Assembly (NCBI GenBank): GCA_963749655.1
Contig: CAVVOB010000018.1
Span: 160,001 to 224,000 of the forward strand
Length of the DNA: 64,000 bases
Direction: 5' to 3'
From: Nitrospirota bacterium
Lineage (GTDB): Bacteria; Nitrospirota; UBA9217
Below are positions 54,110 to 63,955 of the stretch, in pieces. Made by a program: the position numbers and the translations under genes. Below the pieces are notes generated by a model. It was given only the letters and a program-made list of their open reading frames with translations. It did no database searches and was not told the origin of the DNA. Position 1 is the stretch's first letter. Every line of letters starts with the position of its first letter.

Positions 54110-54688
54110 CTACTTGCCCCTTGACCCATTTTTTTTTAATTCCACTCTGCCCATTTCCGTATACACCGCTCCCGACCGGTTCAACTCGCTTTTCATCAGG
54201 CTGACCGCGGTCACGTCGAATGCGCCGAGCGCCGCATCCTTGATCCCCTCGATCGCCCGCTGCCACGAGAACTCCGGCCGAAGATACTTGATCCGCGCCA
54301 GGGTCAGATGGGGAGAAAACTTTCGCGCCTCGGGCTCGAACCCGATGCCTTGCATCGCCCGCTCCACCGATGCCTGGAGCAGCGTCAATGCGTCAAGGTC
54401 GCCCTTCACGCCGATCCAGAGCACCCGCGGGTTCCTGGCATGGGGAAAGGCGCCTGCCCCGGAAACCTCGATACGGAACCGGCCCCTGTCCTTCGCCGCG
54501 TCCATAAGGGCGGACGTGATCTCCGGGACCTTTTCACCGGCCGTCTCGCCCAGGAACGACAGCGTAAGGTGAATGCCTTCAGGCCGCGTCCAGCCTGCGT
54601 CGGCCCCCGACTTTCTCAGGCCTTCCTGGACCTTTGCGATCTCCTGCTTGATCGCATCGGGAAGCTCTATGGCGACGAAAAGGCGCAT
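54110..54688 (-). CDS. thpR: RNA 2',3'-cyclic phosphodiesterase (2H family)
   Basis: MRLFVA, HLTL.FLG and PHLTLAR 2H motifs. Confidence 0.93.
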   Translation of the reverse strand: MRLFVAIELPDAIKQEIAKVQEGLRKSGADAGWTRPEGIHLTLSFLGETAGEKVPEITSALMDAAKDRGRFRIEVSGAGAFPHARNPRVLWIGVKGDLDALTLLQASVERAMQGIGFEPEARKFSPHLTLARIKYLRPEFSWQRAIEGIKDAALGAFDVTAVSLMKSELNRSGAVYTEMGRVELKKNGSRGK

Positions 54689-54769
54689 CTTTCAAATTCG
54701 GAATGCGGATTTCGGAATGCGGAATAAAACCGCGGTCACATTCCTTCTAATCCTCTTTTCCATTCCGCA

Positions 54770-56005
54770 TTAACTGATAAGGTGCTTTCTCACCATGTCC
54801 AGGGCCATCTGCGTGGCCCGGACGCGAACCTGCTCCCGGTTTCCCAGGAAGCGGTGCTCGCTGCTCTTCGTCCCCTGGGGAGAATCGAGGGCGATGTACA
54901 CGAGCCCGACCGGTTTCTGCTCCGTCCCCCCGTCGGGGCCGGCAATGCCCGTGACGGCAAGGCCCAGCGACGTCCCGGCCGCCCTGCGGATTCCCGCGGC
55001 CATAGCCGACGCGACCTCGCTGCTCACTGCTCCGTGGTTCGCTATCAGGTCCGCAGGCACGCCGAGCATGGCGGTCTTGGCCTCATTGCTGTATACTACG
55101 GCGCCGCGCTCGAAATACGCGGAGCTCCCCGGAACGTTCGTGATCCTGCCGCCGATCATCCCGCCGGTGCACGATTCGGCGACGGCAAGCGTAAGCCTGC
55201 GCTGCGTGAGAAGCGCGCCGACCACTTCTTCGAGTTCCACGCCGTCCACGCCGAACACGGCGTCTCCCAGCCTTTCCCGGATATCGAACTCGGTCCGGTT
55301 GATCGCCGCCTGCGCCTGTTCGGCATTTCCCCCGCGCGCAATGATCCGGACGTCCACACCCATCGATTTCACCGACATTCCGATGACGGGTTCGCCCCGC
55401 CCGATTATGTCCTGGATCGCCTGATTCACGGCAGACTCCCACAGGCCGCAGGTGTGCAGTATGCGGCGCCTGATAAAAACTTTCGAGCCGTACCGCCCGG
55501 CAAGAACCTGCCGAAGCCCTTCCAGATATATGGCGCGCATTTCCCGGGGCACCCCGGGAAGGACGACGAGAAGCCGCTCATTCTCTTCCAGGTAGAAGCC
55601 CGGCGCGGTGCCCGCCGGGTTCGGAAGAATCCGGGCGCCCGTGGGGACCAGCGCCTGCCGGTCGCCGGCAGCCGCAAATTCCCTTCCCCGCCCCCCAAGC
55701 CGCGCGTGAATAGCCGCGAGAACGTCTTCGTTCAGGACGAGCCGCTTCTTCATGATCTTTGCGACGACCTTGCGGGTGATGTCGTCCTCGGTCGGACCGA
55801 GCCCCCCGGTCACGATCACCACGTCCACCCGTGCCAGCGCGCGCCTGAGGGCTTCTTCCATGTCCTTCTCGTCGTCGCCCACGACCGTCTTGAAGGCCGT
55901 CTCGAGGCCCACGAGCAGCAGCTCTTCCGACAGGAAAAGGGAGTTGGTGTCAAGGGAGCCGCCGGTCAAAAGCTCGGTGCCTGTTGCTATGATTTCAGCG
56001 CGCAT
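54770..56005 (-). CDS. cinA: Competence/damage-inducible protein CinA
   Basis: MRAEIIATGTELL, GGLGPTEDDIT, AESCTGG, GAVS, TGIAGPDGG. Confidence 0.95.
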   Translation of the reverse strand: MRAEIIATGTELLTGGSLDTNSLFLSEELLLVGLETAFKTVVGDDEKDMEEALRRALARVDVVIVTGGLGPTEDDITRKVVAKIMKKRLVLNEDVLAAIHARLGGRGREFAAAGDRQALVPTGARILPNPAGTAPGFYLEENERLLVVLPGVPREMRAIYLEGLRQVLAGRYGSKVFIRRRILHTCGLWESAVNQAIQDIIGRGEPVIGMSVKSMGVDVRIIARGGNAEQAQAAINRTEFDIRERLGDAVFGVDGVELEEVVGALLTQRRLTLAVAESCTGGMIGGRITNVPGSSAYFERGAVVYSNEAKTAMLGVPADLIANHGAVSSEVASAMAAGIRRAAGTSLGLAVTGIAGPDGGTEQKPVGLVYIALDSPQGTKSSEHRFLGNREQVRVRATQMALDMVRKHLIS

Positions 56006-56026
56006 TGTTCCTCGGTTCTTATAATA

Positions 56027-56237
56027 CAGTTTTGAGTTTTGAGTTGTTAGCTTATAGTTTTTCCCACTGTTATATTCCGACTCATAACTCAAAACTGCCC
56101 TTTGCACTTTCTACTCTTCCCGCAGTCCCCGACTCATAACTCAAAACTAAAAACTCACAACTCAAAACTGCCCTTTGCACTTTCTACTCCTCCCGCAGTC
56201 CCAACTCATAACTCAAAACTCACAACTCAAAACTGCC
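56027..56237. repeat. Heptamer (CTCAAAA) repeats within a tandem ~65-72 bp duplication, with an inverted left arm
   Basis: ctcaaaactgccctttgcactttctactc(t/c)tcccgcagtccc present twice; gttttgagttttgagttg arm at 56029. Confidence 0.8.
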
Positions 56238-56304
56238 TTCTGCTCTCTGCAAGTTCAGGCTATTCTATCATCGCCGCGCAACTACAGTCAATGTCAAAGG
56301 CCTT

Positions 56305-56865
56305 CTACAGAAGCTCGTAGGCCCACACCTTCCCGTCCTTGCCCATTTCCTCGACGCGCCGTACGAGCCGCTTCTTGTACAGGTTCAAAAGACGGGTGCC
56401 GCTCGTGTTGGCCTCGATCTTTTTCGCATCGGAGAGGTCTTTTGACGTGGCCTTCTTCTTCTTGACGACGAACTCGAGCGTATCCTTAAGGTAGTTGTTC
56501 AGGCTCCCCAGAACCACCCTGCTGCCGTCCTGCATTTCGGCCAGGAGCGCGAGGTCCTTCCGCTCCACCGCGACCTCGATGTTCTCCTTCTGGTTTTCGT
56601 TCAGCCCCGCAAGGATCATGAACTTATCGCCGTATTCTCCGGCCAGAAGGCGCGAAACAAGCTTGGCAACGATCTCGTCGGCGCAGGAATAGTCGATCAC
56701 CCCGATCTTCGAAAAATCCAGGGCAACAACGGCCCCCTCCGGCTCCTTTTCCAGGTCCTTCTCGATGCGCATCCGGACAGCCTGGCCCGAGGGCCGGGTC
56801 ACGAGGTCCCTGGAGCCGTTGCCGAGCTCGTCTTTGAGCAGTTTATAAAGATCGTATTTAACCAT
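56305..56865 (-). CDS. STAS-like plus winged-helix protein
   Basis: LDFSKIGVIDYSCADEIV (STAS-like motif with Ser); C-terminal TSKDLSD...NTSGTRLLNLYKKRLVRR wHTH. Confidence 0.65.
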   Translation of the reverse strand: MVKYDLYKLLKDELGNGSRDLVTRPSGQAVRMRIEKDLEKEPEGAVVALDFSKIGVIDYSCADEIVAKLVSRLLAGEYGDKFMILAGLNENQKENIEVAVERKDLALLAEMQDGSRVVLGSLNNYLKDTLEFVVKKKKATSKDLSDAKKIEANTSGTRLLNLYKKRLVRRVEEMGKDGKVWAYELL

Positions 56866-57266
56866 TTCAGCTGCCGTATCCGCTCGCGTTCCGGCCTGAA
56901 GAATAAGCAGAGCTGCTTTCTTTGGCCAGAAACCCTATCTTTCTTTTATCTTCTTCAGGCGGGACCATCAACGTGCGGATGGCATCGAACACCGCTCTGA
57001 ACTGAACGTCGTATTTTTTCTCAAGCTCTTCAAGCTTTTTTGCGAGGTCTTTATGCGTTGCGATCATTTCCCGAAGTTTGACGAACGCACGCATGATCTG
57101 AATGTTCACCTCGATTGCCCGCTCGCTGTTTAGAACGCTTGAGAGCATCGCAATACCCTGCTCCGAAAAAACATAAGGCAGATATTTGCGATGTTTTCCT
57201 CGCCCCGTCTTTAAGGTCACAATTTGTAACCTTAAAGATTTGTCCTCGTCTTCGGACAATTGAAAC

Positions 57267-58325
57267 CGCAAGTTCAATTGTGAAGTGCAACACCTGGGAT
57301 AGCAACAAGGAATCTGCTATCCTAGGTGACTATGTCAAAAACCTATGTTCATCTTACCGAAGCTGAGCGTGAGATCATAGCAAGTATGCACTGGGAGGGC
57401 AAAGGCCCCTCCGAAATTGCCCGGACGATCGGCCGCGACAAGGGAACGATCTCCCGCGAGCTTAGACGTAACGCCTCTCAGGGATATAGCTGTTACACCC
57501 CCTGTCAGGCGCAAAAACGATCGGTTCAGAGAAAACTGACAGCACGTCATAGCCGGCCGTTGCTTAAGAGCAAGAAGATCCAGCGCTACGTCAGGCAAAA
57601 GCTGAAACTAGGCTGGTCCCCGGAGATCATCGCCGGTCGCTTAAAGAAAAACGGTCAGTCGATAAGCCATGAAGCGATCTATCAGTTTATTTACCATCGG
57701 GACACTCCCGATGGTAATCAACTTATCTCCCAACTCTGTCGCGCCCATCGGAAACGGCGCATTAAGGGAAAAGGGAGAAAAGTACGAAAAACCAAGATTC
57801 CCAATAGGGTTCCGATTGCTGCTAGGCCAAAGGCCGTTGACCAGCGTAAGCAAGTCGGTCATTGGGAGAGCGATACAATAATCTCTCGCAAAAGCAAGGT
57901 AGCGCTTCACAGCATGACCGAACGTGTAACCCGGCTACTTCGGCTGACGAAGATAAAAAGTAAGTCAGCCGCCGAAACGAATAAGGCGGTCACAAAAGTA
58001 CTCAAGAAGCTTCCGCCTAAGGCGAAAAGAACGCTCACCATGGACAATGGCACGGAGAACGCCAGTCACGAAGTGCTGACAGAAACACTTGGCATCAAGT
58101 GCTACTTCGCAGATCCCTATGCTGCATGGCAACGTGGTTCGAATGAGCAGGTAAATGGCCTCATCCGCCGCTACTTGCCAAAGGGAACCGACTTCAGTAA
58201 GATTGACAAAGATCAGATCAAAAAGATCGAGAAGCTAATTAACAATCGACCCAGAAAATGTCTGGGATTTAAAACACCAGTAGAAGTTGCTAGCTCATTT
58301 GTTGCACTTCAAAGTTGAATGTGGC
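57267..58325 (+). mobile_element. Complete IS30-family insertion sequence (1059 bp) with 3-bp target site duplication AAC
   Basis: Imperfect 25-bp IRs CGCAAGTTCAATTGTGAAGTGCAAC / GCCACATTCAACTTTGAAGTGCAAC; AAC at 57264-57266 and 58326-58328. Confidence 0.93.
57326..58318 (+). CDS. IS30 family transposase
   Basis: [66 protein letters not shown]. Confidence 0.96.
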   Translation: MTMSKTYVHLTEAEREIIASMHWEGKGPSEIARTIGRDKGTISRELRRNASQGYSCYTPCQAQKRSVQRKLTARHSRPLLKSKKIQRYVRQKLKLGWSPEIIAGRLKKNGQSISHEAIYQFIYHRDTPDGNQLISQLCRAHRKRRIKGKGRKVRKTKIPNRVPIAARPKAVDQRKQVGHWESDTIISRKSKVALHSMTERVTRLLRLTKIKSKSAAETNKAVTKVLKKLPPKAKRTLTMDNGTENASHEVLTETLGIKCYFADPYAAWQRGSNEQVNGLIRRYLPKGTDFSKIDKDQIKKIEKLINNRPRKCLGFKTPVEVASSFVALQS

Positions 58326-58525
58326 AACATAAAATCTGCGGGAAACCGTTTGATATTGCGTTTGACGGCCTGCAGAAGGACTTTTGTCGGGACCCCGTAA
58401 AGTACGGCAAGATCGTTGTCGAGCAGGACTTTCTGTCCGCGGACCAGGAAGATTTTCCGTTCTATCGTTTCTGTTGTAAGCATAGGTTTCAGGAAGTCTC
58501 CGGCGGAATCGAGGTTCCCCCTTAC

Positions 58526-58569
58526 GTTCAATTGAATCAATTGAACCATATTCGACGACTGTTGTCAAG
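58526..58569 (-). promoter_or_regulatory. Promoter with overlapping 21-bp palindromic operator upstream of the ORF6N gene
   Basis: TTGACA-N17-TTCAAT overlapping GTTCAATTGA-A-TCAATTGAAC (58526-58546). Confidence 0.5.
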
Positions 58570-58676
58570 GGGAAAAATTCACAGGGGAAAAGGATCCGGT
58601 AGTCAGTAGTCAGCTTTCAGCTAAATCCGCAATTGAGAACAATCCGAAAGTCGGCGCTGATCGCTGAATGCTGAAG

Positions 58677-59519
58677 TTACATTTCCGGCAGAAGAATGTT
58701 GATCTGGGCGCCCGGGAAATTCGTGAGGCCCCGCTCCTGTTCCTTTCCGCGGGCCCAGGGAGGAATTATGGAGAGTTTTGCGGTGCCGGAACGGATAGAG
58801 AGCTTGCCCTGCCACTGTGAAACGAACCGGCGAACTGCGGCAAGGCCGTGTCCCCTTCCCTCATCTTCATAGCGGGACGCTCCCTGCATCAGGGCCTTGT
58901 CGATGGCTTCGAGGTCCCCCCGCAATTTGAACCTGCCCGAAAGGGACTTCCGGAAGCCCACGCCCACATCCATGACCGCGATCTTGACCACATTCCTGTT
59001 CAGGCTCTGATACCGGTACTTCTGGATGCCCACGAAACCCTTGTTTTCGCTATGCTCGATGATATTCTGGCAGACTTCGGAAAGGGCCACGATGAAGCCG
59101 TTGATCGCCCGCTCGTCGTAGCGGAGATGGGTCGCGAGGATGGCCTGGGCGCGGTCCCGGACCTTCCCGACAATACCATGGATGTCGTTCGATTTTTCAA
59201 TGGGCGTGATTTCAAGGAGCACGTCGGACTCCTGCGGGCGCAGGGACGTTCGGGAGGGTTCCTGAGCCGAGTCCACGAGGGAAAAGGAACGCTTTGCAAA
59301 GGTAAAAAAATCCATTCGGTCAAGGTACCGGCATACCTCGCCTGACCGCGGCAGGATGATCGTTTTCCGCACGTCTTCGAGCCGGCAAAGCTCTCCGATC
59401 TCAAGAAGCCCCACCATGCCGTAGGGGTCGATAAAAGAAACTGCGGTCAGGTCGATCTGTTCCGAATGAATAAAAGAACGGAGGGTCTGCTCGAAGGTGT
59501 CTTCGGTTATCTGGATCAT
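58677..59519 (-). CDS. ATP-binding protein with N-terminal STAS-like domain and HATPase (GHKL) domain
   Basis: DLTAVSFIDP; ALSEVCQNIIEHS (N box), DVGVGF (G1), GRGHGL (G2); no HisKA His box. Confidence 0.8.
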   Translation of the reverse strand: MIQITEDTFEQTLRSFIHSEQIDLTAVSFIDPYGMVGLLEIGELCRLEDVRKTIILPRSGEVCRYLDRMDFFTFAKRSFSLVDSAQEPSRTSLRPQESDVLLEITPIEKSNDIHGIVGKVRDRAQAILATHLRYDERAINGFIVALSEVCQNIIEHSENKGFVGIQKYRYQSLNRNVVKIAVMDVGVGFRKSLSGRFKLRGDLEAIDKALMQGASRYEDEGRGHGLAAVRRFVSQWQGKLSIRSGTAKLSIIPPWARGKEQERGLTNFPGAQINILLPEM

Positions 59520-60318
59520 CTCAATTGGTTCCCGACCGGCGGAAGCGGTGTGTCGTCCCGGTTTGTCGGGCACCGATCCGCCGCAATCGGGAAACGCGGC
59601 GCGCGCAGCATCGTCACTTTGTCGGCATCGACGAGACCGCGGCCTTGCAGCCGGCGGAAAGACTGCCGGAATTCTGGCTGAGACATTGCATCATCCTGCC
59701 CTCTCCGGGCTGGACGTTCTTGCACAATGAAGCGACATCATCCTTGCACGCCTCAAAGAACGGCGGCGGTTGCATGGCTCCTGAACCGGCTGCCGAAGCG
59801 GAGGTTCCCGCTGCCGGCCGGCGCTTTTGCAGCCTGCGCCGTCGAGGACGGGATCGCCGCCTTGCAGCCGGCGGAAAGGCTGCCGGAATTCTGGTTGAGG
59901 CATTGCTTCATCCTGCCCTCACCGGGCTGGACGTTCTTGCACAATGAGGAGATATCATCCTTGCACGCCTCAAAGAACGCCGGCGGTTGCTGGCGCCTGA
60001 ACCGGCTGCCGGAGCGGAGGTTCCCGTGCCGGCCGGCGCTTTTGCAGCCTGCCCCGTCGAGGACGGGATCGCCGCCTTGCAGCCGGCGGAAAGGCTGTCG
60101 GAGTTCTGATTGAGGCATTGCAGCATCCTTCCCTCACCGGGCTGGGTGTCCTTGCAGAACGAGGTGATATCAGTCTTGCATGCTTCAAAAAAATGCGGGG
60201 TTTGAACACTGCCTGAACCGGCATCCTGGGCTGCGGCCCCGGCAGTTGAGACGACCCAAAGAAGCGCGGCGGCGATTAAAGCACTGGCACGACTTCTCCC
60301 TTTAACAGACCTTTTCAT
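59516..60318 (-). CDS. Secreted Cys-rich repeat protein (3 repeats), frameshifted
   Basis: Signal peptide; FFEACK.DI.S.CK..QPGEGRM.QCL.QNS.SLSAGCKA three times across frames; stop overlaps next ATG. Confidence 0.75.
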
Positions 60319-60397
60319 AGTTCGTTCTCCTTATCGATGGCTGTGGTGTACCTGGCCCACTTCTGCAGGATAGAAAGACCGCTTTCGTTGTCTGCGG

Positions 60398-60865
60398 TCA
60401 ACAGCGTTTTACGATGGTCGAGGCTATCTGCAGCAGGATATTCGTGTAAATTCCGGCGCCGATGTCATCGAGCATCACTCCGAGGCCCCCCCGGACGTCC
60501 TGAAGCCCGTGGAGCGGCCAGGGCTTTATAACATCGAACACCCGGAAGAGCAGGAACCCGGCAACGAGAAAACCCCAGCCCGCGGGGACCATGAACATGG
60601 CGATGAAAAACCCGGCGATCTCGTCGATCACGATGGAGGAGCAGTCCTTGCATCCCAGCAGCAACTCCGCGCGGTCCGCGGCCCATGTCCCGACTGCACA
60701 CAGCAGGACGCAGACGAGCCCGTACGCCGGGGGAGACAGTGCCCGCGCGCCGAGATAGAGCACGACGGCAACGAGCGTGCCCGCCGTGCCCGGCGCAAAA
60801 GGGGATTTCCCCGAATAGGCGCCCTGGGCGATAAAAAGAATGACTGCTCTCGAAAACCTGCTCAT
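60398..60865 (-). CDS. pgpA: Phosphatidylglycerophosphatase A
   Basis: SP.APGT.GT, IVIDEIAG, FR.FD..KPWP, GG.GVMLDD..AG. Confidence 0.95.
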   Translation of the reverse strand: MSRFSRAVILFIAQGAYSGKSPFAPGTAGTLVAVVLYLGARALSPPAYGLVCVLLCAVGTWAADRAELLLGCKDCSSIVIDEIAGFFIAMFMVPAGWGFLVAGFLLFRVFDVIKPWPLHGLQDVRGGLGVMLDDIGAGIYTNILLQIASTIVKRC

Positions 60866-60904
60866 CGGCCCCTTCCGGCGAATTGCCGCTGCAACGGAAT
60901 ACGA

Positions 60905-61471
60905 TTACTCAAGGGAAACGCCGCCGTCGGCGCCTTTTGGGATGCAGCATCGAATGGCATCGAAGGCGAGCAGGACCCGCTTTTCACGCTCATATTTTTC
61001 GGGCGCAAGAGGCTGGAGGACTTTCCCCGATGTCATAACGGCAAGCTGCGCTTTTGCCGGTATCGCGTCGAGTCCCTCGCCGACGACCTTTCCGGTCGCC
61101 GTGTCGAGCACCAGGGCGCTCATGGGGTCCATGACCACGGCAACGGGAACAGGCGTTGCGCCGAGCACCCGTGCAGCCGCAAGCACATGCCGCTCCCGCG
61201 ACCCGATGGAGCCTTCCGCGCACTTGATCACCATGGCATTCATATTGTTCAGAACAATCAGAAAATCAACGGACGACTGAACGGTTTCCGTGCCCACCGT
61301 CACATCGAAGCCGACCTGTCTTTTAATGTCCCTGTCGGCGTAGCCCTTTTCATTGAGAAGCATTCTTTCCGCGATATGCCTGACGGCATCGGCCATCTCC
61401 TCCCCTTCCTCGATTTCCTGTTCGAGAATGGAAAGGATCTTTTTCTCCCTCTCGACAAACTCGTCTTCCAT
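60905..61471 (-). CDS. Stand-alone HsdR N-terminal-like (PD-(D/E)xK) domain protein
   Basis: RMLLNEKGY...DI, VDF.I......VIKC..GS...RER..LAAAR. Confidence 0.6.
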   Translation of the reverse strand: MEDEFVEREKKILSILEQEIEEGEEMADAVRHIAERMLLNEKGYADRDIKRQVGFDVTVGTETVQSSVDFLIVLNNMNAMVIKCAEGSIGSRERHVLAAARVLGATPVPVAVVMDPMSALVLDTATGKVVGEGLDAIPAKAQLAVMTSGKVLQPLAPEKYEREKRVLLAFDAIRCCIPKGADGGVSLE

Positions 61472-61686
61472 GGCAACCTTCTTCCCTAATCCGGACAAGC
61501 CGGAACCCCAAAGAACCGGAAAACGTCTCGCACAACGCCGCAAAGAAAATCGCGAGACCGGGGATGATCCGGCTTTCTTTGCGTCTTGGCGACTTTGCGC
61601 GAAAATATTTCTGCTGTTTTGTGCTGAATTGGTTTTTCAGTAACTACCGTCTCTGTCCGCTGAGGCGACCGGTCAGGACGCACCGA

Positions 61687-62295
61687 TCATTTCCTGCCCG
61701 TTTTCTTCTTCGCTTTTTTCCGGACGACCGCGGATTTTGTCTTCTTGCCTGCGGCAGCCTTTTTCTTCAGGGTCTTCTTCTTTGTTGCCTGCTTCTTTTT
61801 GACGACGGCCTTCTTTGCCGCCTTTTTTACGGTCTTCTTCGCCGCCTTCTTCGCTGCTTTTTTCCGCGGCGCCGCCACGGGCAGCGAGGCAGGGACATGC
61901 TTGATGAGAGCCGTCAGTGCCTGCCCCGAGGTCGTAGCCGGGAGCTGCAGCGGCCGGGGCCGCGCGGCGATCCCCCCGGGCAGCGTGCCGAGAATGTCGC
62001 GCTCACGCACCAGGACCCGCTCCTCGCCGTCTACCTTGTACGTCCGGTCGGCATACTGCGCATAAACCACCACATCTCCCGGCTTGACCGTGGTCGGGAT
62101 GAACTTGCGGTCCTTCTTCTCAATTTTTTTCTTGCCGTACTTTTCTTCCTCGAAAGCGCCCGGACCGATCGCCTCGACCACACCCTGCCGCGGCTTGTCC
62201 TTCGCGGACTCGGGAATATAAAGCCCTCCCGCGGTAACCTCCTCGGCCTCGGACGGCCGTATGACGGCCCAGTCGTGTAATGGTTTCAAACTCAT
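61687..62295 (-). CDS. groES: Co-chaperonin GroES with a C-terminal Lys/Ala-rich histone-H1-like tail
   Basis: LKPLHD, TAGGLYIPESAKDKP..G.V.AIGPG, VKPGD.V, LVRERDILG, then KKAAKK repeats. Confidence 0.85.
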   Translation of the reverse strand: MSLKPLHDWAVIRPSEAEEVTAGGLYIPESAKDKPRQGVVEAIGPGAFEEEKYGKKKIEKKDRKFIPTTVKPGDVVVYAQYADRTYKVDGEERVLVRERDILGTLPGGIAARPRPLQLPATTSGQALTALIKHVPASLPVAAPRKKAAKKAAKKTVKKAAKKAVVKKKQATKKKTLKKKAAAGKKTKSAVVRKKAKKKTGRK

Positions 62296-62360
62296 ATCGC
62301 CTCCCTCATGAACAACTTTAGTTGGAACCATGCTGAACCCTCTTGTTTTTTAACTCTATC

Positions 62361-62389
62361 AGTATACGCCAAAAGCGACTTCCCGTCAA
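62361..62389 (-). promoter_or_regulatory. sigma70 promoter for the groES-like gene
   Basis: TTGACG-N17-TATACT. Confidence 0.65.
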
Positions 62390-62416
62390 AGACGGTTTGT
62401 TTTCGCCGCATCTGCG

Positions 62417-63955
62417 CTAAAACAGGATTCGGGATTCGACTGAGAACTCACTTACGGTCAAGGCCGGTCCGGGGTTGTTGCCGGCGTTTTCGATCCTGCC
62501 GTAACCGATTGTCGTCGCGATTTCCACGCGTTCCGTCAACCGTGTCCGGACCGACAGGACGGCTGTTTTCGACTTTTCCTGCACCGGTTGGGACAGATTG
62601 TGCGCTTCTTCATCGAACGACAAGGCCACCCGGGTATCCTTTTCCGGCACCAGGAGGGAAATTTCCAGGAAAAGATCACGGGCGTCCGTGCCCATGTGAT
62701 GCCCCATGACAGAGCCGTTGTACGTATATCCCGCGGTATAGGTCCCGTGCGTGTACCAGAGATAGGCCTGCCTCTTCCAATAGTTGTTGGCAAATTCGGC
62801 CCGCAGGTCCAGGCGTTCGAAACCGAGCACTCCGGGCAGGTACAGGCCGAAGAGGTCCGCAAGTTTGTACGGCAGACCGCCGAAATACTGTCTGTTCTCC
62901 TCTCCGGCCCTTTCCCAATACAGCTGCACAGGCCGGCGTCCGAGCGGGAACGTCAGCTTCACGTCAAATCCTGCGAGCGAATCCGCGGTATCTGCGCCCG
63001 GAGTCCGGGTTTGCTGATGAATGCCGAGAATGTTGTCCACCCAGGTGTCCAGGTCTTCCGGCTTGCCGTGTCCACCCAGGATCGAGGTCTTCCCGAATCC
63101 TATCTCGATAAAGGGGCTGGGCTTGAAATCGAAGCGCAGACCCCAGAAAGCGGGATCTTTAAAATCGCTCCTGTTGTCATCGAGGAGCGCTGCAAAAAGC
63201 GCAAATTGGAAGGGGCCGAGATGGCTGAATACCCAGGGAAGGCGTATCGGCTCGGAAGCGGTAATCTTCAGCATCTTAACCGGCTCCGCGTTGTCGGTGA
63301 GAAGAAGGGCCCCGTGATAGCCGGGCCCCCACCATTGTGAAGCCTTGCCTGCGGCAAGATCCACCGATGAGATGCTGAGAACCCCGTAGCCGTTTCTTAG
63401 GGCGCCGCTTTTCTCGCGGTCTGAAGATCGAAATTCGGGATTCAGATAGACAGAGAGCGGACCGGCATCCTCAAGGCGGGAGATCAAACCGGTGCGGTAA
63501 TTGGAGTATCGGCTATAACGGTCGCCTTCATTGTTGTAATTAAAGGCCTGTTCCTGTTGAGGAGAAGTTCCCGGATACTTGAGAGAAAGTACGTCGGCAT
63601 TTGTATAGAGGTACTTCGCGTAAACCGAATCCAGCGCCTTCAGACTTCCCCTGCCGATATCCTCGCTCCCGAGGAGCTGCTTCAGATCAAAGACCAGCTC
63701 GTGAATGAACAGGCTGCGGCCTTCGGCGTTCTGTTCCGCTTCATGGAGGAGCCTGAATGCTTCTCTGCGGCTGATCGGTTTCGTGGAGAGCAGTCCGGAG
63801 CGGATGACCCCTTCCGCTTCCAGGCGCGAAAACGCCTGGTACGCGTCATCGCTGATGTCGAGATAGGTTGAGGCAAAGGCGGATGCCGCAGAAAATACCG
63901 CCAGGGCCATAAGAAGGACAATTACGGGACGGTTATGTGGGTAAATGGTGATCAA
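62417..63955 (-). CDS. Capsule assembly Wzi family outer-membrane protein
   Basis: WWGPGYHGALLLTDNA, KP.SR.EA N-terminal helix, GHHMG.D, C-terminal F. Confidence 0.85.
   Translation of the reverse strand: MITIYPHNRPVIVLLMALAVFSAASAFASTYLDISDDAYQAFSRLEAEGVIRSGLLSTKPISRREAFRLLHEAEQNAEGRSLFIHELVFDLKQLLGSEDIGRGSLKALDSVYAKYLYTNADVLSLKYPGTSPQQEQAFNYNNEGDRYSRYSNYRTGLISRLEDAGPLSVYLNPEFRSSDREKSGALRNGYGVLSISSVDLAAGKASQWWGPGYHGALLLTDNAEPVKMLKITASEPIRLPWVFSHLGPFQFALFAALLDDNRSDFKDPAFWGLRFDFKPSPFIEIGFGKTSILGGHGKPEDLDTWVDNILGIHQQTRTPGADTADSLAGFDVKLTFPLGRRPVQLYWERAGEENRQYFGGLPYKLADLFGLYLPGVLGFERLDLRAEFANNYWKRQAYLWYTHGTYTAGYTYNGSVMGHHMGTDARDLFLEISLLVPEKDTRVALSFDEEAHNLSQPVQEKSKTAVLSVRTRLTERVEIATTIGYGRIENAGNNPGPALTVSEFSVESRILF

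Larger units (their letters stand above)
56867..58483 (-). pseudogene. ORF6N-domain DNA-binding protein interrupted by IS30
   Basis: [31 protein letters not shown] | FQL...LPYVFSEQGIAMLSSVLNS; removing the IS and one AAC restores GAT TTT ATG TTT CAA TTG. Confidence 0.92.

Noticed and set aside
60905-61471. Type I restriction-modification system
   Set aside because: Only a stand-alone HsdR-N-like domain; no hsdM, hsdS or helicase.
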